Shown: one piece after another, positions 48,560-63,869 of the stretch
Layout of the letters: each line of letters starts with the position of its first letter
Position numbering within the stretch: the first letter of the stretch is position 1
DNA from: Octopus sinensis
Lineage: Eukaryota
Length of the DNA: 64,000 bases
Assembly: GCF_006345805.1 (NCBI RefSeq)
Contig: NW_021836289.1
Span: forward strand, 1 to 64,000
Reading direction: 5' to 3'
Translations under genes and position numbers: made by a program
Notes under the pieces: generated by a model
Told to the model about the DNA's origin: nothing
The model's database searches: none
Seen by the model: the letters and a program-made list of their open reading frames with translations, nothing else

Positions 48560-48960
48560 ATAATATCTATTGCTCACACATATTCGATACTATTCGCACA
48601 AACGCCGACCAGTCTCAGTTTGCAAGTATTGTGCTTGTCAACCACATTCGGCCGATTGGCTCAATGCCTTACTGATCTCGTCAGCCGGTATATTCCCGAC
48701 AACAAATCACTACGCATCATTATACGCATTGCCAGATTTGCCAGCCACATCGCTCCAGGTGCGGTAAATTCATCGACAGAAGGGGATTCTCTTCGCCTCA
48801 GTTCTGGCAGGTTCCCCAGGCACGCTTCGCTAAATGAAGCTCTCAAACTCCTCTAAGATTGGTTTAATATCTCGAGAAGGAGTTACGACAGTCGCAAAAC
48901 GAGCTGGCTTTTTGAACTGACATCGTTCGCTATATTACGTGTCCATTCGACGCGACTAAT
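48560..48960 (+). mobile_element. Degenerate, internally deleted 3' fragment of the CRE-like element
   Basis: ACQPHSADWLNAL.ISSAG, RCGKFIDRRG and SGRFPRHASLNE match 9950-10200. The sequence then jumps to the element's 3' end (aaactcctct..acgacagtcg.aaaacgagctggcttttt), matching 9520-9660. Confidence 0.85.
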
Positions 48961-49124
48961 TCAAATTTTTTTTTAAATCAAAAATTTTTTTTTTTTTTTT
49001 TTTAATTAAACTTTTCTTCTTATTAGTTATTTAAATAAATCATTCTTATAAAAATAATCTATATTTATTAACAATATTAGAAAAATATAATTTGAACAAC
49101 ATAACAATTATTCCTTGTTAATGA

Positions 49125-52100
49125 ATGGAGGAGATTGAAAATATTCAATTTGTAATCTTTCCAGTCATCTCCCACAGCTTGACGAGGATGACTTTGAGTT
49201 ACCCCAGGCTGTACTCCCATCAGTTGACCAACTACTCAAATCCATAACTGACCCCTCCCAATCCGACGATTCTGACTGGCCAGAATACTGCCTCGACAGA
49301 CGGAGTGTGCCATCCTTCGAAATCACCACTCTGGCCGGCCTATTTTCAATCATAGAACAACATATGGTCAGACCTCCCCCTCCATTCTCAGAAATTGTTC
49401 AATATCGGCAATTTGGAAGTTCTGGTATCATCTGGCATACCTCATCCTAGGCGCTCTCATCAAAGTACATCGGAGTGGGGACATCCCACGGTTACGTCAT
49501 CATTTTCGGTTGCCTTTGATGTTCAGTGGCCAGACGAACACCAAAAACTCAAGACTTGTTTCATTGGGGACATTTATGGGTCAGTGACGTCATTAGACAT
49601 ATCTGAGTGTCTTGTGGTGGCTGGTCATTCCTTTGGATATGTGAGTGTCCCAGTCATTTGCAGATCACTTTGTGGAGTCTGTCTAAGAATGTCCTCGTTT
49701 TGGCCATTAAGGAGTTTGTAGGACATTGCTTGGTCAACGTTAAGGTTGGTCTGTCCCTTAATTTATAGTTCTCCCCCAATTCAAGAATAGTGTACACCAC
49801 GGACAGTCAGGGCTCGTTATTTGCAGTATTCCTCGGATGAGTCCTTTTTCCTATTTCAGACGAAAGGGCCTCACTTCCGAACATTCCATCGAGTGTCTTC
49901 ATTCTTCCTTGTATTTTTGAGTAATCACTTCAGCAATGGCGAAATATCCGCGGTAGAGCCCCTCGTCCTCCCTTCTTCCGCGGACTTGTCCCGACACTCA
50001 CTGCTGGCCGTGGGGACTGCATGCAAAGTAGATGATTAAAAACAATTTAGACTTGTGTTCTGGGCTGTTACGAGTGGTATAAACAGCTCATGACAACTCC
50101 GTTCGAGGTTTCTGTTTTTAGGTATTTTAGAATGCCGGAACTCAACTGGCCGTGGTAAAGTGGATTGTGTCATCTACGAATGGCGTGAGACTGCTCCACG
50201 GAAAGGACAATGTTTTCTACATAGTGTCCGTGGAGTGTGAGGATGTCAAAAAAAGGACGGACAATATTCTGTTCTCGATTGTGCACAAATTGGAGTTTTC
50301 CTACTCCGTTTGCTACATTGCCCTCCTCAACGAGTTTTCAATGTTCACGCTCGACTCGACAGAGACGTTTCGACATGTCGAATATTCTGGGAATGAGATT
50401 TCAGTTTGCACATTGAGTGACTTAGAGAGTGTGGATGCTCGTTTTTTGAACATTGTCTACCAGTCGAGTCACTTTAAGGCCCAGACGAGTGCTCTGGTTG
50501 AGTTGGTGGTCTACTTCCTAGGCATCCCACAGCCACCAGGCCTGTTACTACACCTTCTGTGTACAAGACGAGGAAATTCTCTGTCTCGGGAGGCAGGGAG
50601 TGTCGAGGATTCGTCTGCTCTCCACAAAGGAGAGACTCGACAGACTGACCAGTTCCACTCTCCACAGGGAGGCCGTCCTCTTGGCTGTGGCCTTTTGTGA
50701 AGGAAGGGAAGGTCCGTGGAAGAGGACTGACGAGGCACTGTCCTCGAGTGAGGTTGGGGACATTCTATGTGAATATGTCACGTGTGTTGCCAAGACGTCT
50801 CCAAATCACGGAAATATCGCAAAACTTCATGAATTTTACTACCAGGTGGTACCATTCGTCATTAGAGCTTGTCTGGCCGTCAATGCGACGTACACGAATA
50901 GGGATATTCGTAGGGGAGTGTTGTTTGGGAAGGTCTATGATCTGTTCTATGTGGATTCTGTCTCTCTCCGTGTTTTCCTGGACTGTCTAAACAACTGCAT
51001 TCTGAACAATCAGGTTGTTTGGAGACTTGTAGCAAGATAAGGGACATTCCGCCTGAGGTGACTCAGCACTTCCTCAAAGAGTACACTTCTGACGGACTCA
51101 TCAAAGAATTGGAAGAATGTCTCATCAACCTCTCCATTTCGAGCATTGACATTGACATGGTGACTCCCATCCACATTCCAGGCACTCAAGTTCGCCTGGA
51201 AATGGGAAGCCTTCTCCGTCATAATTTATATCTACAACGAGGCCTTTGGGGACTACGTGTCACCCGCCAGAATATTGATTGAGTCACTCCATCGAAAGTT
51301 GGCTCAAAATGAGTGGGGGACAGTCTCCTCTGTGGGGAACATGTGCCTGCTTTACTTGAGGTAGCCTTTGTAGTGGGAAGGAATAGTTTATGTCTCACGG
51401 GGAGGAAGTACCCTCATGGGTCACTCGAGGGGCACACTTGTTGGCGAGTCAAGGACGACATATTCCGTTTTCTTGTCCTCCTCAAAGACAAAGGCAGTTC
51501 GGAGGGGAAAACAAGTTCGGTTAATTCTTAAGCCTAGTTTGGCGAGAAAATGAGAGAGTTTTGTATCCAAATTTGCGAATTCTGCTCAAATTCGACATTC
51601 ACGGGTTTTTTAACGTTTTGTCGATAGTGAGCATTTTTGCTAATTTAAGGCATTCGGAGACCTGGAGTAAGTTCTGAGTTATCAGTCGTAGAAAGACTCA
51701 GCATCAGGTCATGGTGGACGTTCTCTTCAGTGTCATGATAGAAATGGATTTGGATTTTGGGGTGACTTTTCTACTTTAAATCAGAAACGTGAACTGTCCA
51801 TACTTTTCACCTTTGTTGCCCAACAATTGGCCAAAAGTCCAGGGTGCCTCTTCATCAGTCGGTCCTTGATGGATCAAGTCAGCAATTATTGACACTTTTC
51901 AAGGTTTTGGAATTCCTGACCGTGGAGGAGGAGGCTCAGCTGTATGGACGTCAGCAGGCCCTTCTAAATTTGATCGAATCTGACGAAAATGCATATTTCA
52001 ACGACAAAGTGATCCTCGAAAGGTGTTGGAGGGCCAAATTGTGGGTTGATTCTCGAATATTTCAGTTACGAAATATGTGAGCTGATTCTTCGACGGAATC

Positions 52101-53434
52101 GAGACTTTGCCCCAATATTTTATTGCTATTTGTACGATATTCTCAGAAAGGTTTCCCACTCTGGCAGATTTGTCGATTAGAGCAGTGTGTTTGAGTGGGT
52201 GGAGGACATTCTGGAGAGGACGGACGTTTCGAGTCAGCAGAAGCACGTCATTCGACAGAACATCCTCAAAAATGTGCAGGTATGACCACGAGTGTCGATT
52301 TAGGCACTGTTTGACATTTCAGTGCCCAAAACGACACAGCTGCTGATTTTTGAGTTGAAAATACCCCCAACTGACGTCTGTGAGCTGATCAAGGAGAATG
52401 AGTTGACTTTATTATCATTTTGTGACTGTATTTGGTCTATTCGGTTGGTTAGACAGTCTGATGTTTAGCCAGAGGGACAGCTTTGGAAGACAATTGGAGA
52501 TGCCGAATGCACTGCATGAAGTTTACTTTGAACTGCTGTGCAAATACCGTCCCAGTGATGTGATCGACAATCTCAAGTCGGGGGGCTTCTGTAGCTTCGA
52601 GGCAATTTTTCAGGTTTTGTGACTCAGTCAAGCTCAGCTCACCCAAAATACAAAATATATGACGCGGAAGCATTTCTGTATGAGAAAATGGGGTCAATCG
52701 AGGCGGGGTACAACGTGTTGGAGCACGTGGGAGTTTTACTGACGAACTAGGTCATGACGGAAGAACTCAAAGAGGACTGCTCTGTGGATGGGGAGTTGAA
52801 GATCCCTTTGAGTCTAGTCAATCTAGTCGAGTATTTGCTTAGAAACAGGCGAATCGATTCATCTCGGAAGGAGGTGGTTTGGGAGTTATTTTTTTAGAAA
52901 ATGTGGGTTCGTCTGTTTTGTCGAATTTATTCCTTACAAAAGACGGTATCTTCTGAAGAAAATTCAGAATGTATTGTCGGGTTGTCGATCTTGTAGTCTG
53001 GGAATTTTGTTTCAACTATGTGCTCAATTCGGTCCCTTCGAACGTGTCTTTGACAATGATTTTGAACGGTTTTTTGTGCCAAGACGGCGGTGAGGACTTA
53101 TTTGTAAGACTGAGGGGACTCCTGGATAATTTTTTTTCACTTTGTCATTACAAAGAGGTAATCAAACCGTGTCAGTTTACAGAGAGCGATCAAATCGTAC
53201 TCAAATTTGTTGTGTGGGGATTTGAATGCACTGGTCAGGAGTAGTGGGAAGAAAAGTGGGGTTTATGTGGCTGATCTAAATTGCACTGTCTGCGGGAGGA
53301 CGATTCGTGAGGGGAGATTGCTGGTGGATCATGTTGGGAATGTTATTCACGGAGACTGCGTGGGGAGCGCTACTGAGTGTGGAGTGGCCCCATCTAGTGC
53401 GACCACATATACTCTTACAGATGATTATTTTTAA
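49125..53434 (+). CDS. VPS8: CORVET subunit VPS8, multi-exon
   Basis: LDEDDFELPQAVLPSVDQLL, LAVAFCEG, PPEVTQHFL..LEECLINLSISSIDIDMV..IIYIYNEAFGDYVSP, ELLCKYRPSDVIDNL..EAFLYEKMG, and a C-terminal RING-like CTVC..HGDC..C. Confidence 0.85.
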
Positions 53435-53529
53435 CACAAATGTTTGGAATTCTGCAAAATGTTTATGACTGTGGATTGGTCAACTTAATATTCTCAACGC
53501 AAGACCAAATTCAAACAGACATAATTATG

Positions 53530-54520
53530 TCATTTTTTATAATCGGCCAACAGATAGCAGAAATATTCATAAGTGAGCATAGTCACTGCAGAATTGGGGA
53601 GTTGCCTGATCAAATGAATGCCCAGTCCTCGATATAAGGCAATCAATCCTTCATCTCTCACGACCCCCCTCACAGTTCCCGTCCAAGTCCCGTAGGTCCT
53701 GTCCTTCTCCCTTAACCTCGTCCTCACCACTTCGTAGGGATACGTTGCAGAACAGGATACAAACTTGGACACAGCCGACAAGAAAAAAGAAATGCCAAAG
53801 TTCCATTTTGAACTGCCAATGCTTTCTACGTGCCCGCTGTGGGCTCCAATCATCCAACTCCTCAGTTTTTCATACACAAAAAAGTAGACGACCGCCTCCG
53901 AGACACCAATATAGCTCACTAGAAGACCACGGTAGAATGCCAGAGGTCCCTCCTGTCTCCAAATTTGTCCTACCAAATTGGCAATCGAGATGGATGTGTC
54001 ATTGCGGAGTTGGAGACGAGTTTTTATAAACCAGAGAGGATTGGTGGCCGTGGCTGTGCACACTCCTCTCAGTAAAACTCACAAACAACCCCCAAAGAAG
54101 GCAGAGGTGACAATTTGGAGAGAGGATGGACTGCCGTCCTCACAGAGACACCTCTTCGCTGCAGAATACGAGTAAAAGTGGATTGCTCTCGGCAATGACC
54201 AATGAAAATACTTAGAAGGGACTATCCCCAGCAGATTGGCTCCGAGACCACGGAAAAGACCAGGAACCCCCTCTGTCTTGACAATTGACCTGCCAAAAGT
54301 TCTGGTGAGTTGGCTGACCTCAAAACTATGATAATTTTTGAGTGGATTGGGGAATTTGATTTGGTCATGTAATTTAAATGTTTGTGTTCTCTGGACTGAA
54401 ATCGCGTTTTCACTACTTCAAGGGGACAGGTCACACTCACTCCGAGCATTCCAGCAGCTCTGATGTGAGGATAAGTCATAAAAACCCTCCAGCTAGCAAG
54501 TCCACAAACGAAAACTGCAT
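53530..54520 (-). CDS. Mitochondrial pyrimidine-nucleotide carrier (SLC25A33/SLC25A36, Rim2-like)
   Basis: Three carrier motifs TCPLEVVKTRFQS, TNPLWFIKTRLQL and TYPYEVVRTRLRE, plus LYRGLGIHLIRQLPNSAV. Start MQFSFVDLLAGG|AAGMLG. Confidence 0.88.
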
Positions 54521-54946
54521 TTTCCAACCAAAGAACCGAAATATTAAAATATTTTATTTACATACAATTTTAATAATTCAGTGGAACCTCCATTTCAGGG
54601 TGACCTCTTCATTGGGGCATATCTATTTTTGGGGAAGTTTGAAATTAAGTCATTTTTATACAGTAATTGCCAAATAAATCAAAGAAAATTGTTTCACGAG
54701 CGAACGAGATATTGCCGAAAAGTATAAAATTAGTAAAGGTTATCTGATAATTTTATTGTTCAGCAGCAGTATGTAGAATTTCACAGCGAAGAGACTGTCT
54801 GGCACTGAAATTTGATAAAATTGTTTATGAATACTTTTTTAAAGCAGGTGAAGAATTTATTTCTGATTCAGGACGTATTTAATTATTTATTTATTGTTAC
54901 CCCAGGATCACTGGGTTGTAATGAAAAAGAGAAAAGTTTCAGCTAA

Positions 54947-55243
54947 TTAAATGACCCGAGACCATGGCGATAGAGGTTTTCTCCGACGTGGACGAGAGTC
55001 CTGGATGGCTTTCCAGAAAAGGCATGTCCATAGCTCGAAACTGGGACGATTTTTGAGGTATTTAAACAATGATTCGTATAGGGGACTCGCAGGAATAGAG
55101 ACTGTCCTCAACATTTTTTGTTGACTTTTGATGAGAACTGCCTCCAGGGTGTTAGATGAAAGGTCCCAAGCAATTAATTTTTTGGCGGCTTCATGAATTG
55201 TGGATAATTTTAAAGGAAGGAGCGGGAGATTATCATCGACCAC
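54947..55243 (-). CDS. Candidate exon of an unidentified gene
   Basis: 98-codon open frame in a higher-GC island, preceded by a possible acceptor (cgcaag). No family recognised. Confidence 0.25.
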   Translation of the reverse strand: MVDDNLPLLPLKLSTIHEAAKKLIAWDLSSNTLEAVLIKSQQKMLRTVSIPASPLYESLFKYLKNRPSFELWTCLFWKAIQDSRPRRRKPLSPWSRVI

Positions 55244-55879
55244 GATTCGCTTGCGATATAAACATGGCTATAATTGGCTTGAAAAATTAAAAAAGGCACA
55301 AATTGTCATTTAAGACAATAAGTGGTGAAAAAAATTTGTGTGATATTTTTTTCTCTTAGAATTTTTTATAAGTACGATGATTATGTTAATAACTATGCCA
55401 GTGAAAATATGTTCAAATGCAATGAAACGAGATTGTACTAAAAGAATATTATCAAAATCACGAGAATAATGATTTTTAACCTTGAGCGATTTTTCTGCAA
55501 AAAATGCAACTTTTTTAGTTCAACCCATAGATATTGGATTTATTTAGTCGTTAAAATTCATTAATTTAAATATTTTATCTTTTAAAGATGGTGAATTTAG
55601 TTTAAAATGTTGAATTTGTGCCAAGTAAATCTCAGACAAATAATCAGTATTGTTGAGGAGAATGTGGTAGTTCTTTTTGTTTTTCCGTTGAAATGGTGAC
55701 GTCCCTTTATTGCACTCATGTCTTATTCATGCGCTCAATCTTTCTTGTTTTTTATTGGATCGTTTAAAGTAAAAGGACTTACATTCTCATTAAAAAGACA
55801 ACACTTATGTATAAATTTAAAACGATATTGAATTTCTGTATGCTGTCTGTAGGAGAATTAAGTCCCCAATGGTCTTGTT

Positions 55880-56004
55880 AAAACAATGAACGGGTACCGA
55901 CTGCTCCTGTTGCCACCAGACTGTCAACACTGTGGGGTGGGTTGTGGTAACTCACAGAGAATGGAGTATTAAAGACAGAATTGCCATCCTCCAACTACGC
56001 TTTA
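55880..56004 (+). mobile_element. RTE-clade endonuclease fragment, left part
   Basis: Encodes ..GVG....KDRIAILQLR and continues in frame at 58894+ after the nested insertion. Confidence 0.65.
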
Positions 56005-58893
56005 TTATTTATTTATTAACTCCAAGATCACCGAGAAAGATAGGTCAGAACTAACTAATTAGGTGATCCCTGCCTCCAACCACAGCCGTACTTTCCTTAC
56101 ATGATCTTCTGATGACCCGACCGTAATCCGGAAAAGCTTTCTCTTCCTTCTGCAGAGGAACTCAATTGGAGTGCATTTCTTTATAACCGACCGAAATTCC
56201 TCTGCATGTGCCACCTTTTCCTTGAGTGGGTTTCCCAGTTCCTTGCAGAAACGTAGGAAACCCTGTCCATTCTTCTGCGTCGCCTCCTCGGAAGCAAGAC
56301 TGCCAACTGAGGTGTCAGTGTGGAGCATAATCTTCCTTCTGAGTGAGTTCAAACGTTCCGCTTTCGAACAAGCAATAGCAAACCTCCAGGCTGAGCAGGC
56401 ATACTCAACCGTTGGGGCAATCACTTGTTGGTAGACTTTGCTGACACAATCTTTCAGGGGGGAGGGACTCTTCTTTAACAGAGCTTTCAAGACGTTCCAC
56501 TTCCGCAGACCTTTAGCTAGGGCCTCCTCTACGTGACTTGAGAACGTCATTAAGGAGTCGAAAACCACGCCAAGGATCTTCTGGGTACGCGAAGAGGGAA
56601 TAGGTTTGTCTCCAATGAATATTTCCAGCCCATTCTTGAATCTTCTGTCAGTAGTAAAGAGGGTGATTGGGATTTGGATGCAGACACACACAACATGTTT
56701 GCAGATAGCCAATCACATACACGGTTGAGGTGTGACTGGACCATTGCGACAGCCACAGAAGGAGATTTATCTCTTGCAGCGATAATCAGGTCGTCCGCAT
56801 AGGATAAGAACATTATGTCTGGGTCATTAGTAGTGGGTAGGTCATGTAGAAATAGGTTAAAAAGGAGAGGAGATAAAGGGGAGCCTTGTGAGACACCATT
56901 GGGCAGTAGTCTTGATCTTGAAGTAGTATTGTCGATACGGACCCTTCCGCGTCGGCCAGTTAAGAAATTTTCCAACCACAGTTTGATGTTCGGATGTAAG
57001 TTCGAATCAAATATCTTCCGCGTTAGGAGTTTCCTCGGGACAGAATCAAAAGCCTTTTGTATATCAATAGATACTAAGGCCGTCCGTAGGTGTGTTCCTA
57101 TGTTAAAACCCTCAGTGATAAACTGGGAGACAAACACAAGTGGGTCGTTGTGGAACGGTCTGGTCTAAAACCGTGCTGGAATTCTGGCAGTTGTAGGACA
57201 GGAGAGATTTGCATTAATACGAGCTTTTCCAGTACTTTCGATAAGATACAAGTTATTGAGATTGGGCGGTATGAAGAGGGGGCATCCTTTGGTTTCCCAG
57301 GCTTTAGGATTGGCGTAATTAGGGAGTTTTTCCATATATTAGGTATCGTACGTAAGTTGATGGAGTCGTTATATAGTCTTGATAGTACGGTCCGTGCCCG
57401 GGGTCCCAGGTGTTTGAAGTGAATAGCACAAATCCCGTCGGGGCCACAAGAACGGGTGGGACGTAGGGATTTAATAGCCTTGTCAACATCATCTGGTGTG
57501 AAGAAGGTGGAATACGGTTCTGGTCGTGGTCCGTGCCGTTCAGTATGTGGAGTGCGAGAGAAGTTTTTATGACTGATCGATACATAATACTTCATAATCT
57601 TGTTTGCAAGTTTGCGAGCGGGTTCCGAGGAATTGTGGGCAACAGCCTCAGATTCTCTGTCCTCCTCGGCGATAAGGCAATTGATCCTTCTTAGCGTTTT
57701 CCAAAAGGTGGCGCAGGAATTTCTGTGACATAAACGTCCAACGAGACGACTCCACTTGAGTCCGTGATTAGTGCGGATCAGTTCAGAAATTTTGATATTC
57801 AAAGGACGTATGATATGGTATGAGTCATTGGACTTGCTTTTCTTGAGGGCGTCCCGTTCTTTGATAAGTGATGAGATTTCTGAGGATAGTCTTGGATTGA
57901 ACTTTTTATATGAAGCGACAGGTATAAATAATTTATCGGCTTGCAGAATGATAGTAGACAGGATCTTGGCCGTCCTTTCCACCGTGCAATTTTCCATAGA
58001 GAGGTCGAGCAGGCAGTCGTCCACATACAGCCCGAAACCATGCCAGTTAGCTTTCGAGTAATTTTTGAACTTCGTAGGGCGGCGCGTTGGACAGAAAGGC
58101 CTTCTAAGTGTCAGTACAATGGGGTTATGGTCGCTCGAGGAGCCATAACGAACATTCCACGAGATATATCCAGCCAAGGATGGAGTGCAAAGAGACAGGT
58201 CCGGGGATGTTGGGCTGTCTCTTCTACGGGTTGGTGTCCTTGTATGAGCGTATGGATCGTTTAGGATAGTCAACTTATTGAGTACGGAAAGGATATATTC
58301 GCCACGAATGTCGGCCGGTTGAGACCGGAGCCAGAGCGGATGCTTGGCATTTAGGTCGCCGCATAGCAGCAAGTCCTTCAGTCCGCCGAGTTTCAATAAG
58401 TTGGGTGTGTATTTTGAGATAAAAGAGGTCGTCGAGCTTTGCGGTGGGACATATACATTGCATAATGTAAAATGTCTTGAGGGTGAGAGAGGAACTTCTA
58501 TGGAGATTTGTTCAAGGATAGGATCGTCTTGGCACAGGGAGGAAATGAATGTTGTAACGTCGGTGAACACAAGCCCATCCTTGACAATTGTCAATAGTCC
58601 TCCACCAAGACATCTCGTCCGGTCCTTTCGCAGTACACTGTAGCCAGGGAACCGAGGTGTTGGGGATGACGCGGAGAGTTTAGACTCCTGGATGAGGGCA
58701 ATGTCCACTTTTAATCGGGATAGAAGGGAGCGTAGCTCCAGGACCTTGCTTCGTACTCCATTGATATTCAGTTGTAGGATAGTCAGAGAATCGGGCCCCG
58801 GATTCAGTTCCACGTCGCCAGCCAGATGTAGGAAAGAGAAAGGGAAGTTGGAAGGCAACCCCTCCCAAAATCGTGCAGGGGGGGAGAAGGTAG
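56005..58893 (-). mobile_element. Ingi/Vingi-related non-LTR retrotransposon (second family): 2A peptide, APE, RT; 5'-truncated
   Basis: GDVELNPGP is followed by APE (LQLNING, IQESKL, NVYVPP, GDLNA, SPDLSL, SSDHNPI) and RT (SYRPISIT, QHGFRP, DIQKAFDSV, GVSQGSPLSP, YADDL). (TAAA/TAA)n tail and 12-bp TSD aactacgcttta (55993-56004, 58894-58905). Confidence 0.9.
58793..58819 (-). other. 2A-like ribosome-skipping (StopGo) motif GDVELNPGP
   Basis: GGC GAC GTG GAA CTG AAT CCG GGG CCC is an exact D(V/I)ExNPGP consensus, in frame immediately before the APE domain. Confidence 0.85.
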
Positions 58894-59330
58894 AACTACG
58901 CTTTAAAAACAATCCTAATAAAACCATATTGATTAAAAATGTATATGCACTGACCACAATGAAGGTATCCGTCAACTCAGAGGAACTCGATGATTTTTAC
59001 TCGTTCCAATTATCGGATTACTCATCACTCTCTAGCTCTTACATGCTCTTTATAGCTGAGGATTGGAATGTCATAGTGGGAAAAAAGCTTGACGAATCGA
59101 ATTTCCTGGGTAGCTATGCTTGAGGGACCTGAAATCTGTCCGTGCCGGCACTTATACACTTCTATAAGTCGTTCGGACTGTTCCTCTGTAACATGGCATT
59201 TTGACATAGAGCTCGACATGTTAAATCCGTCCGCGATAAATTGAGTTAAAATTGCTTGATGTATTGAGGTTGAATATTGTGGAAGAAAATCACCCTGCGA
59301 TTTTGCAAATAGAAGAGGATAGATGATTTT
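58894..59330 (+). mobile_element. RTE-clade endonuclease fragment, right part
   Basis: LRFKNNPNKTILIKNVYA..EELDDFY..FIAEDWNVIVGK..FLGSYA..LFLCNMAF*HRARH; degenerate. Confidence 0.7.
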
Positions 59331-59457
59331 CAATGATTTTTGAAACAACTGATAAAATCGAGATTGGTCGATATTATCCTAGGTTTTTAGAATCACCGTT
59401 TGGTTTTAGAATAGGAACAATGCAGGATTTTTTCCAGATCTACGGAATTTGTCCGAT

Positions 59458-59476
59458 GGGTTAGGGTTAGGGTTAG
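59458..59476 (+). repeat. Short interstitial (TTAGGG)-type repeat
   Basis: gggttagggttagggttag. Confidence 0.5.
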
Positions 59477-59789
59477 AGTTCGAAGATACAAGTGCCTTCA
59501 TTCCATTGGTCTTGAGATGCTTTAAATGGTGGATGGATATTCCGCCGCACCATCTATCGTAAGATTTTTTTACAATTTATCATCAAATGCTCAAAAAATG
59601 GTTCAGAAGATTGTCATACTTATCATACGTGTGGAATTATAACTTTGTTTATGTTTCTACGGAATTTTATTTATTAGCCTTAAGTTGAATATCATAGTGG
59701 CAATTGAACACAACCAATAGTCACAACTAACTGTTATGTATTATTATGCAATTCACGCGAAACCAAAAAGTTGATTAAGATTCCACTTT

Positions 59790-60260
59790 TGCCATACGAC
59801 TCAGGATACGCTCTACTACCCTTCCCTGTTTTGTGCAGGATCGCTCAGATCGTCCAGATCATTTGCCGATTTCAATTTTCTTCCAATATATTTGAGTTCA
59901 TAATGTTGTTCATTGTCGGCTCCAATATGTTGTTTTGTTTTTTAAGCAGAAGTAAGATTTCATTGGCCTTACTGGCCGGCATCATTTGCAAGGCTCTTAG
60001 GACATGTCCAAAGAGCATCCATTTTCTGGACACCACTTTTTCTGTAAAGTTCTTCGTTGCTCATCTTTTTTGATTAGCGAATACCTAGGAATAGTCTTGA
60101 ATGTTTTTTGTGGAAAAAATTGATGTGTTCTAGTCCACTTTAGAGATGGAAAAACTTACATCCTGCAGGAAGATACTGAGTGTCGTTTTTTTGCAGTCAT
60201 AAAATATGGTCTAAAGCTCGAACACATTGAAGTTACATACTGTTAAATATGGTCAGTCAG
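59790..60260 (-). mobile_element. Degenerate 3' end of an RTE-type retrotransposon
   Basis: FHKKHSRLFLGIR..MSNEELYRK..LFGHVLR..PA..LKSANDLDDL..AQNR matches the RTE post-RT region. Confidence 0.65.
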
Positions 60261-61166
60261 AACATATATGGACCACTTTGGATGAGATTGTTTTTTCATT
60301 TTTTGTGAATACATGAAACACTTTGAACACTTTTTATTGACCAAAAAAACATATACAAACCAGTTATTTAAAAATGCATGGTGTCATCCATGTATTTTAT
60401 AATGCTACTGAAATTGAAGTGCTATTTTTGACAACTTAGTTAACTGGAAGTGTTTTGATTCCTTTAAAACACCTAGGATTCTTTCTTTCCTTATTGACCA
60501 TCAATGGGTGTTTGTCCAAACCCGTCATGATATCATTACAGTTATTCTATCCTTCATGTTTTTAATTTCAATCGATATTTCATTGTTAAATGATAGTGTC
60601 CGATCAGGTAATAAATGTTTTCCGATGTATAATCTTTTCAAAAATCTTTTAATGTCCATTAGCACAAACATTAAACGGCATTTATATCGGAATCAGTTTA
60701 GAAATTATATGTTATTTCTTTTGTAGTAAGAATAATGGCATCCATTTTTATAGCTTTAACAAAAATAATAGCTTTATAGATTAGTATGTGACCATTTATT
60801 GGTAAATTTTTGGTCTCGAATTAAGCAAATCAGATGGACAATGCAGTTTATACGTTTTTTTCTTTGTTGTCGCTTCGTCTTTTGCGGTAAAATTGATTCA
60901 ATTAGATTGAAAATTAACATAATTTCTTCTCTATTCTTCAAAATTCGTAAAAATTGAGACTGAGAACAGTTGAATATTGCATATGGAGCTGCCTGAGTTT
61001 GACCTCTGAATAAACAAATTGATTATTTACAATTTTTGAGAAAGTGTAAGATTCCGGCATAAAATTGTAATGTTTAATCGGTTTATACCAATAATTGTAT
61101 ATTTGTTCAAATATAAATAATAAAAATATTTGAAATTAATAAATCGCACAACACAAATTAGACATT

Positions 61167-63567
<2,401 letters not shown>

Positions 63568-63869
63568 TTTTTTCTGTTTAATTTCTTTTTGGACTTAAAT
63601 AATTTATACCGATTTGGTTGACTCTGTGACGTCCCTTTATTGTACTAATGACACATCCTGAAGAGTTCGTAGTGGAATTTCCTCTTCATTGCGAAAAACA
63701 CAATTAACTGAAGGCCTAATTCATTGTTGAGATTCAGCAGCTTTCTTTCAAAAAATAAGCTCAACAAGGATTTCGATGTGTTTTTGGATCATATAAGATT
63801 ATTTTACTAAGACCGGAATGTAGACACAATTGATATAGAAACAATAATATGCCAATTCAATTCACCAAT

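Noticed and set aside
58894-58975. ORF-track start MTDTFIVV... as the N-terminus of the 2A-APE-RT protein
   Set aside because: It lies outside the TSD, in the antisense strand of the older RTE fragment.
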